Shown: positions 1 to 13,759 of the stretch, in pieces
Layout of the letters: every line of letters starts with the position of its first letter
Position numbering within the stretch: position 1 is the first letter of the stretch
Origin: Amphiscolops sp. MND2022
Taxonomy: Eukaryota
Assembly: GCA_964187785.1 (NCBI GenBank)
Contig: OZ076410.1
Coordinates: forward strand, 71,920,001 to 71,984,000
Direction of reading: 5' to 3'
DNA: 64,000 nucleotides
Program-made: the position numbers and the translations under genes
The notes under the pieces: model-generated
The model's database searches: none
Told to the model about the DNA's origin: nothing
The model's input: only the letters and a program-made list of their open reading frames with translations

Positions 1-1755
1 TAGTTTGGCACTCGCGTTTGGTGCAACTGTAGACATAGCTCTCTGACTTTACATTGTTGAGCTTCATTGTCAGATGGGTACGTTTATATTCCATCCAGTT
101 GACAACATCAGGTATACAACTCTACCGTTTTATTGTGCCAAAAAAGTGAAAGGCGGTCCCTAATGGTTTTTTTATGATCCTTTTGGTTGCCCAAAAACGA
201 AAAATCCAAAGATTGAACCTAAAAGTAGCGAAATTAAAACGTTTCGGGAAAAAAGTCTAACAAGGTGGAGAAACTAAACATCTGAGTTCCACTAGAATTT
301 TCACTTTCTCCTTTCATCAATTTCTTTTTGAACCCAGCCAAGTCCGGGATGCTAAATCGTTCTCCAAACTGCTCGTGAAAAATGATAAAGCAACTCTCTA
401 CTTCTGTAGTGAGAAAATCCTTTCGCAACCATTTAATTGCAGTCAGCTCAACCAGTTTATGCTGTGAATGCTCTTTAATATATGGCTGTTCTCGCAAGAG
501 TCAGTGGCGTAAAAAAATTCACCGCGGTTTTTCTAAAGAGCGCGCATTGGGGCTATCCGATGAATTATTAATTCTGAAAAACGTATGCAGACATATCCTG
601 GCTTTGCTCCAATTTATGGAAGTTGGCCTCAATTGCGAAATATTTCATTCAATTGTTTTCATCAAAGCAAGTGTCATAGCACACGGGTTGGTCAAAATTC
701 TCGGTTACTTCAGTTCCCCTGGAAGTGCAACTACGTTTTTGTTTTCCGAGTTTAGGTTTTCCCTACTGTTGTGTCGCACGGTCACTGACCAGTGACCAGT
801 GTGAAGGCAAAGCTACTTCACATTCGGCGTCAATTGATGACGTCGCTGCTCGAGTAATTGCATGAGGGAACTCTGGACTATTTTGTGGCTCATCTTCGTT
901 TTCTTGTTCGACCAAGAAAAGAACAAGCCGGGAACGGCACAAAGTGGCGCTCCGCTCAATGTTCAAAAAGAGCGAAGTGTCTTAATTATTCAGCGGCCAG
1001 CAATCTATTATCATACATTGTACCAACATATACCCAAAAAAGTACCCTTGAGACTCGAAAATAATTTGTTTTGAACTGAAAATGTTTAACAAACGTTTCT
1101 GTTGAAAAGAAAAATAGTTTTTTTCCAAACAGTCTCATAGTGCCGGAAACCTAGGAGATATATTATTGAGTATGTAAAAGAAGACTATTGTCAATATTAT
1201 ATCACATTAGCTGAGCCAAAAACCTAAAGAGGTACCCATAAACTCAAGAAATCTAACTAAGATCAGATTTTGTTTCTAACTGAGATTAGAAAACTCAAAT
1301 ATTTGAAGCAAATTTAAAAAAATAATAATCGGAAAAAGTTTCATATTGCTGAAAACGGAACTTGTAGCTCGAAAAACACTTTTTCCAAGCCAAGAACTTC
1401 CTAACAAATAAAATAGTACCCTTTGTTTTTGATCGAATTGTAATGTTTTTGAAAAACGTTTCATAATGTCGAAAGAACTGTAGGTCTTTTCTATCGAAAA
1501 TGATAAAACTCTCATCAGTCCCACAAACCAAGATGTCACAGTTCAGACTTCGAAAACGAATTTCTTTAACAGAAAACCTCAAAAAACCGAAACTTGAGAG
1601 GGAAAACGTTTGTCAAATTGTTTGGCTCCAAAATTTGTTTCAAACGTGTTTTCGATAAGTCGCATAGTGTCAAAAAATCTAGAAAACTCTATTTTCGCTA
1701 AAATCTGTTGTTTGAAAAAAAATTCAGAAAAGGTCATAGTTCCGAAAAAAACCAA

Positions 1756-4700
1756 AGAAGGGACCCATTGGTCTTTCCTCTACTTTTGCAACTGTAAATG
1801 AAAACTCCTCAAAAAACGCCCACGGTGCCAGACACGCAAAAGAAGGACCCATGTGTGCTTTTCATCATCCAGTTTGTTGCAGAAAATCAAAATAACCAAA
1901 GAGGGAACCCCAAAATAACCATCAAGAAATTTTGGAAAAGAGTCTCACAATGCCAAAAAAACAGTAAACCCAAATCTTCTGAGTTGTCTAGTAACGACAA
2001 AGTCAGTAGGTTTTTGAAGGTAGCTTAGTGAACTTTTGATGCTCAAAACTTTTATGATGCGACTCTAATTTTGTTGCTAATAGTCAGGATTTCTGTATTT
2101 GGCAGGGTTTCAAGCAGCTTCAAGGAAATTATAGACGAACCCTTGCGAAATTTGGCACGTATTCTAAAGCAAAATGTCATTTTTTGTTAGTGCGGACGCT
2201 ATGATTGACGTAAACACAGTCAGAAATTATCTTGCATGCAACTTGTTTAAAAACTCACTATTTATCACTGTCTGGCAAGATGAAAAAAAATCAATATCGA
2301 AGTCTTATATGATTTTTGGAACTAATTTGAAACGGATATGTTAAAATCAGCTGTTTGAAAACTATTCTCAGCACCGAAGCCCGTATCAAAATTGGAAAAA
2401 CTGAAACAATATAATAAAGGCTTTTGCGATCAATTTACCTAAAATTCCTCGAGGAAAACTTCGACGAAAAAGTTTAGGTTAAAATCAAATTCAAGGAAAA
2501 TAGTCATTATTATGGAGTTCTCGAGTGCATTTCTGATTACCATCTTGAAATCGTAAAAAGTGATTTTTCCCACTCTGTGAAATTACTGTATTCCGATAGA
2601 ATGAGGTCTTTTTCAGTGTAATTTGATAGAAGAAGGACAAAAATAATAGTAATCTGTAGAATAAGGGCTGAAATTACAGTATGCTGTAGAATAAAGACTA
2701 AAAAATCACTTTATCCTAACACGTTTCCCATGTTTTAGATTCTATGCCAAGCACATGAGGGGCGAGCATGAATATCGTCACAGGAATAACCTATCGGGGA
2801 CCGATTCCGTTAAAACGTTTGAGAACCTTACTTTTTGCCCAGCATTGTATCCATGAATCGAATCGAATGTTTAAGAAATTGTTCTGATTCAAACTTTCCA
2901 ACCATGGTGGTTTTCCGGTCTTGTCAAGAAGGGACCCATTGGTCTTTCCTCTACTTTTGCAAGTGTAAATGAAAACTTCTCAAAAAACGCTCACGGTGCC
3001 AGACACTCAAAAGAAGACACATGTGTGCTTTTCATCATCCAGTTTGTTGCAGAAAATCAAAATAACCAAACAGGGAACCCTTTGGCGACATCAAGAAATT
3101 TTGGGAAAAGTCTCACAATGCCAAAAAAACAGTAAACCCAAATCTTCTGAGTTGTCTAGTAACGACAAAGTCAGTAGGTTTTTGAAGGTAGCTTAGTGAA
3201 CTTTTGATGCTCAAAACTTTTATGATGCGACTCTAATTTTGTTGCTAATAGTCAGGATTTCTGTATTTGGCAGGGTTTCAAGCAGCTTCAAGGAAATTAT
3301 AGACGAACCCTTGCGAAATTTGGCACGTATTCTAAAGCAAAATGTCATTTTTTGTTAGTGCGGACGCTATGATTGACGTAAACACAGTCAGAAATTATCT
3401 TGCATGCAACTTGTTTAAAAACTCACTATTTATCACTGTCTGGCAAGATGAAAAAAAATCAATATCGAAGTCTTATATGATTTTTGGAACTAATTTGAAA
3501 CGGATATGTTAAAATCAGCTGTTTGAAAACTATTCTCAGCACCGAAGCCCGTATCAAAATTGGAAAAACTGAAACAATATAATAAAGGCTTTTGCGATCA
3601 ATTTACCTAAAAATCCTCGAGGAAAACTTCGACGAAAAAGTTTAGGTTAAAATCAAATTCAAGGAAAATAGTCATTATTATGGAGTTCTCGAGTGCATTT
3701 CTGATTACCATCTTGAAATCGTAAAAAGTGATTTTTCCCACTCTGTGAAATTACTGTATTCCGATAGAATGAGGTCTTTTTCAGTGTAATTTGATAGAAG
3801 AAGGACAAAAATAATAGTAATCTGTAGAATAAGGGCTGAAATTACAGTATGCTGTAGAATAAAGACTAAAAAATCACTTTATCCTAACACGTTTCCCATG
3901 TTTTAGATTCTATGCCAAGCACATGAGGGGCGAGCATGAATATCGTCACAGGAATAACCTATCGGGGACCGATTCCGTTAAAACGTTTGAGAACCTTACT
4001 TTTTGCCCAGCATTGTATCCATGAATCGAATCGAATGTTTAAGAAATTGTTCTGATTCAAACTTTCCAACCATGGTGGTTTTCCGGTCTTGTCAAGAAGG
4101 GACCCATTGGTCTTTCCTCTACTTTTGCAAGTGTAAATGAAAACTTCTCAAAAAACGCTCACGGTGCCAGACACTCAAAAGAAGACACATGTGTGCTTTT
4201 CATCATCCAGTTTGTTGCAGAAAATCAAAATAACCAAACAGGGAACCCTTTGGCGACATCAAGAAATTTTGGAAAAAAGTCTCACAATGCCAAAAAAACA
4301 GTAAACCCAAATCTTCTGAGTTGTCTAGTAACGACAAAGTCAGTAGGTTTTTGAAGGTAGCTTAGTGAACTTTTGATGCTCAAAACTTTTATGATGCGAC
4401 TCTAATTTTGTTGCTAATAGTCAGGATTTCTGTATTTGGCAGGGTTTCAAGCAGCTTCAAGGAAATTATAGACGAACCCTTGCGAAATTTGGCACGTATT
4501 CTAAAGCAAAATGTCATTTTTTGTTTTGTGCGGACGCTATGATTGACGTAAACACAGTCAGAAATTATCTTGCATGCAACTTGTTTAAAAACTCACTATT
4601 TATCACTGTCTGGCAAGATGAAAAAAATCAATATCGAAGTCTTATATGATTTTTGGATCTAATTTGAAACGGATATGTTAAAATCAGCTGTTTGAAAACT

Positions 4701-5206
4701 ATTCTCAGCACCGAAGCCCGTATCAAAATTGGAAAAACTGAAACAATATAATAAAAGCTTTTGCGATCAATTTACCTAAAATTCCTCGAGGAAAACTGCG
4801 ACGAAAAAATCTAGGTTAAAATCCTTGGAATCGTAAAAAGTGATTTTTCCCACTCTGTGAAATTACTGTATTCCGACAGAATGAGGTCTTTTTTAGTGTA
4901 ATTTGATAGAAGAAGGACAAAAATAATAGTATTCTGTAGAATAAGGGCTGAAATTACAGTATGCTGTAGAATAAAGACTAAAAAATCACTTTATCCTAAA
5001 ACGTTTCCCGTGTTTTAGATTCAATACCAAGCCCATGAGGGGCGAGCATGAATATCGTCACAGGAATAACCTATCGGGGACCGATTCCGTTAAAACGTTT
5101 GAGAACCTTACTTTTTGCCCAGCATTGTATCCATGAATCGAATCGAATATTTAAGAAATTGTTCTGATTCAGAATTTCCAACCATGGTGGTTTTCCGGTC
5201 TTGTCA
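1756..5206. repeat. Tandem array of three near-identical units (1171, 1168 and 1112 bp)
   Basis: Units start with AGAAGGGACCCATTGG at 1756, 2927 and 4095 and end with TTCCGGTCTTGTCA at 2926, 4094 and 5206. Unit 3 has a ~56-bp internal deletion near 4825. The ORF-track peptides at 1798 and 2969 are near-identical. Confidence 0.95.
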
Positions 5207-5455
5207 GTCGAGGGGAGACCAAAAGGGGTTCTTTGGGGTTCTTTCGGCACCATGTGACTTTTTCCAAAAAATTTTTAATCTTCAAAATAAAATCTGTAAA
5301 CTGCTTGATTTTGGAAGGAATTTTCTAAAGTTTTTTCAAAGGGCATATTGATAATTTTTGAGCTTTTTAGAAACTTTTTGGAATTCTTACAAAATTTTTC
5401 CATTCAGGATCGTAATTTTCTGCATTTTCTGCATCGTGCATTTTCTTGTTTTATG

Positions 5456-6720
5456 AGAAATTAGCCTGCAGGTATGAATGCAGCATGGAATACTTTCCAG
5501 CAGATTCGACAAGGATAGCTATTGCACAAAGCAAAAAGTTCTCACATCAGCCCAGTTTGGGTTTCGACCAAAGATGTCATGTCTACAAGCTATCGTCAAA
5601 GTAACGGAATATCTACGGGAGCAAATTGACAAAAAGTGACTGGACAAGCATGCTTCATTGACCTCAAAATAGCTTTCGGTATTTTAAATCACGACATTTT
5701 ATTGCACATGTTGGAAAATTACGGTTTCAGAGGAAAAATTAACGAGATTTTAAGAAGTTTTTTGAAAGATCGAAGGCAATATGTCAGATTGGATGAAATC
5801 GAAACTGATAAACTAACTGTCCAAACAGGTGTACCACAAGGATCTGTTCTGGGACCGTTTCTTTTCCTTATATACATCAATGACCTTCCTGATTCATGTG
5901 AGAAGGCAGAAGTAGCAATGTTTGCTGACGATACGACTTTGCTTAAATCAGAAAAAAGAGTTGATCCTCTGCTTAGCTTAGAAATTAATTGCGTACGGGA
6001 TTGGTTCTCATCAAATATATTGACAGTTAACCCTGAAAATGTGAAGCAATGTGTTTTGGGAAACCGGACACAATTAATATCGGGGTCTCCGCATTGAATT
6101 ATAAAGCATCATATAGGTATCTGGGAATTTACTTGGATGAAAAACTCCTTTTCCGAGAGCACATAGATTATGTAGTAAAAAACTAAATAAGTTCTGTGGT
6201 CTTATATACAGGGATCGTCACTTTTATCCACGGAAATGTCTTTCAATGTTTTATAACTCTTTTGTGAAATCAATTATCTGCTATGGTTTGCTGGTCTAAG
6301 GTAGTGCAGCGAAAACCAACTTACAAAAAATTGAATGTGCACAGGGGCGAATATTGAGAGCGATTTTTTTCAAAACGAAGATTGATTCAATGGTCAATGT
6401 ATCAGTAGGCCACAAAATTCTCAACGTTTTTGAACTTTTCAAGAGTTGTTCAAGCAAAGTCGAAAGGAATCATCTTTGGAGCTGACTCCTACTTTTACTA
6501 CAGGCAAATCAAAAAACACTAGGCGGGCGGTTAAAGGACTTTTGGATGTAGCTTATAGCCGAACAATAGTAAAGCGAAAATCGTTGTCGGATACTATGAT
6601 GAGAGCTTATTGGTTGCTGATTGGTTGGTGATTTAACCAAGAACCAACTCAAAATGTATATCAAGGACATTTTGTCAGTCTACATCATGAACAATAAAGG
6701 TTTGATGGAAATATTTTTCT
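5456..6720 (+). pseudogene. 5'-truncated, frameshifted non-LTR retrotransposon (CR1/L2-group) reverse transcriptase fragment
   Basis: QFGFRPK upstream, then FIDLKIAF, GVPQGSVLGPFLFLIYINDLP and MFADDTT in ORF 5636-6097, with frameshifts downstream. Ends are approximate. Confidence 0.9.
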
Positions 6721-7317
6721 AGAAATGCTTTAGAAATACTTTATTACTAGATTGTGCTGAGATTGATCAAATGGGCACAAACTTGCAGAGCACTGATGCT
6801 CATTTTGTGTCCACATTGAAGTTTGTATACACTTATGAATACTCTTAATGTATGTCATGTATTTTATTCCAATGAAATCCAATGTTCTCATGTTCGATAG
6901 GATTGTGTCAGAACGATAACTCATGTTTCACAAATTACGAAAACTCTAAGTCATCCGAAAACACCTGTAACACGTTTACTCTGAAATACCTATAAACTAT
7001 AAAACGAGATTCTATTGAATTTTTGCATTAAAAACTTCCTATATATCATTTCATATCTACTTCTTGTTTCGCAACTCATTTTCATTGAGGAAAAACTTTT
7101 GTCGGAGTACTTTACCAAACGTTGGTGTTTAGAATGTTCAACGCTTCAAGAAATCTCCACCAGAGTACAATTTTATTATACCACTTCACGCTATCCATCA
7201 GAATTGGTAACTTTTAAAAAACCAAAAATTGACGTTGAAAAGGAACGAATTCTATGATAATAATTTGAGGACAACTGAATTGACATTGAGCATAGAATCG
7301 TGTAAATAACAACTTAC

Positions 7318-8132
7318 TGGTCACTACACAGTTCTCCTAAAGCTCTGCTGTAGGTAGTTTCTATTTTGGCCATGACTAGATCAATAGGCATGTTGGGGAA
7401 AACTGCCAAGTAGTTGATGCAGCAATTCTGAATGTTAGCAACTTCCAGGAGATGTCGAATAACAACGTGATCTTTGATGAGTTGATCAACTTTCCTTGCT
7501 ACGAGTCTCTCCGCCCCTTTGTCCACTTCATCACCGATGTCTTCCGTTTTCTCTCGCTTTGATTTTTTGGATGTGTTCTCCTTCTCGTCACTTTCCTCGC
7601 GCACGCCAATTTCGACAACAGTCAGCACGGAACCATTTATGAGAAGCCAATCTATTTCGAAATCCTTCGTTTTTGTGTAACTGCTTCCATTAAAGCACTT
7701 CTCCACTGAGTCAAAGACGAGCCGAGCGTTCTCGGTTTTCCAACCGTTGATTGCGAACCCGGTCAACTCTGGCATGCGGGACAGGTAGTTGTCGTAAAAC
7801 TCAACAACCTCGCCCTCGTAACCGGAGTCTTGCTCAAACAGGGGGGGTCGCAAACTGTCTATGGGGGGTAAAGTCACCATTGTGGACTGATGCTGCCCGT
7901 TGTAATAGTCGATCATGTACACAGGCATGCACCTGATGCATCTGAAGTTGTAGCAGTAGTCTACTCCTTCTTCTTCCTGATGTGCAGTCTGCCCCCCACA
8001 AATGATCTGCCCCTCCCCCAGAACACACAGAGAAGGGCTGTCGTCCACATTCTGACAACCAGGCATCGAAAGCGGTCTCTTGTTTTTCACTGTCCAGGGT
8101 ACCCAATTGGAACAAATACTCGCTGTGGCCAT
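7318..8132 (-). CDS. Coding exon of an unknown host-like gene with a NERD/PD-(D/E)XK-like motif
   Basis: 272-codon open frame. Acceptor TTTTTTAG at 8147-8140 lies just before the ATG, and donor GTAAGT at 7317-7312 coincides with the ORF end. Motif EIDWLLINGSVLTVVEIG. Downstream exons not found. Confidence 0.55.
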
Positions 8133-10859
8133 CTTAAGGCTAAAAAATCAGCGTCATTAAAAGATGGAGATTGCTCCTGTCTGTTTCGAAGCGTAGTTAT
8201 GACTCAATGGAATAGTTTGTTGAACAAAAATATCTTTGGCTTCCCTTTCTCGCATCAGGGCACTTCCTTATAAACACAACCCTTGACTGCCTGAGTAGAA
8301 GAAAATGGTAGTAAAATTTACGAAAAAAAATAAAATGCCAAAAACTTACCCTGAAGTGCCAAAACAACAGCATGGTGCTAAAATATTGAATCCATTCGAA
8401 ATACAACGTATAAATCTTGCTCATGTTGAGTTAGTTTCAGCTTGGGACCCTCACAAGTGATTATTTTGTTAGTTACCAAGTTCAACTAGTTCTTAAACTG
8501 GAATTAGCTTCTTTAATACCGACTTACTTTTTTCTTAAGAAGTATGAATCCTGGGGCCTTTCTCTGCTGGTTGATTTTAGTTTTTATAAATCTCTGTCAC
8601 GATAAAAGTGGATTCTCAAATTAATTATCATCATTTGACCTAGTGCTAATTTCATACCAAACTTTTTGATGCCCTGCAGGTGATGAACCAGCAATTAGTA
8701 CAGTTGTATATATTTTTTCCAATTTCAAAAACACGTGAACAGTTCTCTTAAGTGACGTTTCGCAAAAATTTCTAACAAGAGCATTCAAGTATTCTGGTTC
8801 TAGCAATTTTAACTAACTTGGAAAAGATTGCCGTAGGGAACCGAATAGGCAACCAAGGAAAGAAAACGTTGCATCTTGATGCAACGTCAAACAGTCTGGT
8901 GACAAAAAACACTTTATTACCATTTCCCTCATTTATTAAAGTTTTCGGATACGTAAGATTGTGGGAACATTTGTTGTCTTCCATTATAGATAATTATCAA
9001 ACGGTCAGATTGCTCATTTTTATTGGGCGATGTTATTCTGAAGGAAAACACGACATTAACAGAGATATCGTCGGTTTCGGGTTGACCAAAAAATCTTTTA
9101 TGAACCAAAGATCTAAATAGGCCCCCGTTTCGTTGTTTTGTTTTTTAAAAAAATCTTTTTGAATTATTAAAAAGGCAAAGGTATCATTCCTAACAAGTCA
9201 GGATTAGCAAAAGTTTTCTGGGAAAGAACGTTTCCTGAGAAATTCTCAAAATCTGACAGCGTCGAGAAAAAAAATCGAAGAAAGGACCATTTGCAGGCCT
9301 CAAACAAACACATTCTAGTCGAATAATTTTTCCAGAAATCCTTCATTTCAGAAACTGGATGCTTTCATGTTTCATTGAACATGTTCTAACAAAATTATTT
9401 GCAACTGAAAGAATTACAGCTGCAGTTTTTTCGTGAAAAAAACTCTTGCGCTAGAAATTTGTCCGGTTTTATAAGAACTTTCATTATTATTGAAAATAGA
9501 CGCGAAGTTTACCAGATTACTGGTCGACATTCCAACCAAAACATTTGAATTTTCTGTTCAATTGGTCGTAGTATCAGAAGAACGAATCTTCTTTACTTAC
9601 AAACGTTAGTGTAACGTCAACTCTGGGCACAACGAAAGTTTCACAAAATTTACAAAAATTATTTGAAATCTGACGTGGCAGATCGAGCATGGTTTGATCA
9701 AAGTACCTGCCAGAAAGCAGTTCAGAAGACGAGACAAGCCGCCCGCGAGACGAAAAAAGCAAACAACCGATAGAAGTAGGCCCTACGAACGTGCCAATCA
9801 CGGTGTACAGTCAGGAAATGGCAGAGTCACACTACTTTTAGTAGAAGAAACCCGTGAATCATGGTTATAGTCTAAACCCCTACCAGTGTCCTGTGGTGTG
9901 ACCAGTTGGAGAGCTGAGTTTACTATCGATCCTACCTTCCCATGGACTAAATTATCAAAAATTGTTTGTATTAATTGTTTAGATTGATATGCTCGAGAGC
10001 TGTTGTTATTTAGTATCTTTCTTCTGATGAATCTTAGATTCACCACCTTTGGGATAAATTCACTTCAGAATCCGCCTCCATTTTTATAGGCTGCTTAAGC
10101 GGTGGTTATGAGAAACCAGCACAATTCCCGTTATTTCCAGCAAGTAACGACTGGGACCAGGCCAGAGAGCGTCCTAAAAGACGGTTCCCCCTCCTCGGGA
10201 CCGGCAACACTTAGGAGGTAAAATGAGCCAATGCTGTGGAGGTTTGGGTCCCTGACCAATACCTTGCTATTGGCTCCTCCACCGCTTGTTCCGTCCAAGC
10301 GCTAAGCGCTTGTCGTTGCACAGCAATGAAGCTGAAGAACAAATGTAATCAGACAAAATGGAGCAACAGCAGAGTTTCGATGTCCGACTAATTGCGCGAA
10401 CAGTTCACGGATCAATTGATCTGACTGGATGCGGCTATATGCCTTCCAAATACTGTACGCGATACGATGATGGAGAGCAGCATAAGATTATTTAACTTGC
10501 AGTTCGCGCTATATAATAATGCGCTTTTGTGCTTACGGCCAAGGCGAAAAGCCGGTAACGGCCTTAATTAACGAGCACAGGTGCTGTAACATACGCAGTA
10601 ACGTAATGTCCAGGTGCTGATGTACATACGTGCCGCTATTTACTGCTTCTTTGCTTAGCAAGGGCGAGTAAGGCCGTGCGCCCCAACCGGTTTTTAGTAA
10701 CTTTTCAGTAACTTTTATAAATAAAAGAGCCCGACTATTACAGTCACTCGTTTTTTTTCTTTTTTTTTGTTTAAGAGACACTCGAAGCGACGAACGTTAA
10801 TGTTCAACTAAAGGAAACTAAAGACCAGGGAAAAGCATGTAAATTATTCCAAAGGATCC

Positions 10860-11189
10860 CCCCTTTGGTTTTTTTACTTTTTAAACGTTACCTACAAGCC
10901 CGGCGGGACTAAAGGGTCCCCCCTTTCGATTTTTTTTGGCACAGTGCGACTTTTTTTTCGAAATTTTTTTAAAGTCCCCAAAGGGTCCCCCCTTCGAGTT
11001 TTTTGTTATTTTGCTACAGAATGCGTGTTTATAAATCAAAAAGGGCTCCCCTTTTACATTTTTCGGCACTGTGTGACATTTTCCGAAAGAAAAGATTTTT
11101 TCGAAAATTTCAAGTCTTTTTTCCAAAAAAATGTTTTGCGCTTTTTGAGCCTACGATATAGCGCCGACTTGAGACGTTCCCGTCTTGTT
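10860..11189 (-). repeat. Non-autonomous interspersed repeat (HINE/DINE-1-like), copy A
   Basis: Begins AACAAGACGGGAACGTCTCAAGTCGGCG on the minus strand and contains GGGGGACCCTTT modules. Same family as 12948-13362; related modules also occur at ~1100-1800, 5207-5450 and ~9100-9500. Confidence 0.7.
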
Positions 11190-11927
11190 ATGTAATTAGT
11201 GCAGTCATTTATTCAAAACAACTTGTAAATAATAACAGACTATGTAGATTTATTTCACTACATGTAAAACTAGATATGTTATGGGAAGACCAGTCAGGCA
11301 TTTAGCTAGACTAATCATTCGAAATTATTGTACATGGTGATGATACTTTTTAGACGTTTTATACTGTGATAGTCAAATGATACCCAAATAGGAATCAGTG
11401 CAAATGACCTTAACGTCAGATTAGTAAGCCTTCCTTGCTTAACTCTGACACCAGTTGCGCTAATTTCCCAGTAAAGATCAATTGGGCGTTTGGCCTGTCA
11501 CAGCCATTATGAAATTGGTACGTAGAAATACATAAACATGCATAAACATGTATATGTTGCTTTAGATACCTGCAAATGTTGACCAAAAGGACTAGTCGGA
11601 TGACTAGTCGCCCCCACTTGTTCTGTTTTGAAGTTTTTAATCTCAACGTTCGTGTAAACAAACGTAGACGCGGTGACGTAATGTTTTAGTTATGGATAAT
11701 GAGATGTTGCTATTTTTAGAATGTTACTGTTTGTAGATACATGACCGTATCTTTTCTGAGTGTCATTTCCCACTGGGTTTATGAACCGAAATCGGCCACT
11801 TAGCAAACACAGTTCCTTTACGGTTTGATATCATACAAGTTGCTTTTGTTGAAGATATTGTGAACTCAAAGTTGAAAACTGAATTACAGGAAGATTTCTT
11901 TCATCATAAACTATTTCTTATGCCTTT

Positions 11928-12810
11928 TAAAGACAGAAGGGCTAACGCATTGAAATTTAGAGAAAAAGACGTCCTGTCCAATTACGGCAACATCGACGTA
12001 TTGCTAGGTGATGGAATTCAAATTTCATAGGAAAAGAACTTGATAAAATCTTATACTGCCTAGATAGGCAACATGACTTTGAGCCTTTACCTAATAGAGG
12101 GTGCTCATCTCAAGAGAATGAGATTAGAAGCATACATCCACAATGGAAATTGCCCAACTAGGCGCGAGGGACTCGTAGAGTCTATTGACAGTTGATCGGA
12201 GGAAACGAATCTCAGGTTATATCAAGTGATGGAATCGCTCATGAACACCATGCAAAAGCAAATACGTAAAAGGATCAAAGATAGAGTGATCCTCGATTTA
12301 CAAAAAATAGTAGGGATTTTTTCTTCACGCGAAAAGAAATTTGAGACGGGCACGTCTACTTGCCATTTCGGTCCAGGCAATAGGCCGAACGTGTCAAACA
12401 AAAATTTATCAAAAAAGGATGTAAGGTCTGCTTTCAACGTCAGAGAAGCTGTAGACCTAAGTTCCTGCTTTTGATGAACCAACAATTAGGCGTCTCAGAG
12501 TAACCAAATTGCTGTAAAACTTTTGTGAAGAGTTTTACTAATCTGCAAATAACAAATAACAACGTTGTGAGATATTCATAGAAGACAAAAAATATCCAAT
12601 GCATTTGGATCACAGATTTTTTCGACCCTATTGGATTCTGACGTGGGTCCAGAAGATGCAATGCCAATAGACAGTTCACCAAATTTACCTCACACTGAAG
12701 GGTATGAGAGAGTCATTAGGGGAAGAGATGTCTTTTCAAGAATCAGTTCCAATCCAGTAACAGACGCATCTGTTGCAAATAACAATATTGATAATGGATA
12801 TTATGACGAT
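11928..12810 (+). mobile_element. Decayed Gag N-terminal coding remnant, probably part of a solo LTR of a third related Gypsy family
   Basis: KDRRANALKFREKDVLSNYGNIDVLLGDG and EETNLRLYQVMESLMNTMQKQI...DRVILDLQKIV align by eye with RRQKAKARKSREMDMMSDFDNMDVIIG and NEFNLRLSQEMDSMIAMMHSQI...DRVIPEIKNIM in the LTR of element 2. No downstream gag core is present. LTR boundaries not resolved. Confidence 0.6.
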
Positions 12811-12947
12811 ACATATTCTGTGTGACGAAACGCTGATACAGGAAAAATCTTTTGATGTCATATTTTTGCAAGAAATTGCTACAGACGTGTAAATAGTCTA
12901 ATTTAAAAATTGCGAAGAAACCTGTGATCACAGTCACCATATTTGAA

Positions 12948-13362
12948 AACAAGACGAGAACGTCTAAAATCGGCGCTATACTTAAGGCTCAAAAAGCCCA
13001 AACTTTTTGAAATATGCCCAGGAGGTGTTTATGAAAAGCTCAGAAAACAGTTTCGAGACACCAAAAAAGTGCCTTTCATGCTCGATAAGACTAGGAAACC
13101 ACATTTTCCCCAACTGGGAACAAAAAAAACACAAGATCGGATTTTTTCTTTCGGTAAATGGTGCATAGTGCCGAAAAAAGTAAAAGGGGACCCTTTGGGA
13201 TTTAATAAAATACATTCTGTTACAAAATATCAAAAATCGCGAAGGGGGACCCTTTTGAGATATTAAAACGTTTTCGAAAAAAGTCGCACACTGCCAAAAA
13301 ATCGAAAGGGACCTTTTAGTCTCGTCCGGTTTTGTAGGTTATGTTAAAAAAGTAAAAAATGA
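12948..13362 (+). repeat. Non-autonomous interspersed repeat (HINE/DINE-1-like), copy B
   Basis: Begins AACAAGACGAGAACGTCTAAAATCGGCG and ends GGGACCTTTTAGTCTCGTCCGG...AAAAGTAAAAAA, matching copy A in reverse orientation. Confidence 0.7.
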
Positions 13363-13759
13363 TAGGCGCGACTTTTTGCACTAAGTTTACAGTGGCCAGA
13401 CTTGGCCTGAGTAGTTTTAGTATTTTCTGTTAAAAGTTGACCGAGCAGTGTGAGGTCTGTCGTCTGTAGGAAAAAAACAACAGTCACTCTGAGAGTCGGG
13501 CAATTTTTTCCTTAAAAGGAAAACGCGCCGAACAAACAACATTTCATTTGAAAGCTCACTGAACTGCGGCCAAAACTGCAGGATTCAAAAATAGACCAGG
13601 GGCTCATTTCCCCCCGCCCCCAAACGCAGCGGAGGGTTTGAGTGTGAATCAGACAGAAGGTTCAACTACCAGTTTTGAGCAAATTAAACATGTCGACATA
13701 ACACGTAAAGAAGTTGATGTCGACATAATCATATCTTTTTCATTGATTGACAGTTAAAA

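Noticed and set aside
234-1074. Short ORFs (including a signal-peptide-like MRELWTILWLIFVFLF) as host exons
   Set aside because: No recognisable domain, and no consistent splice phases linking them to the 7318-8139 exon.
10860-13362. Inverted repeat pair flanking the gag remnant as a composite transposon
   Set aside because: The family is abundant, the two copies differ in length and are diverged, and no TSD was found; coincidence is more likely.
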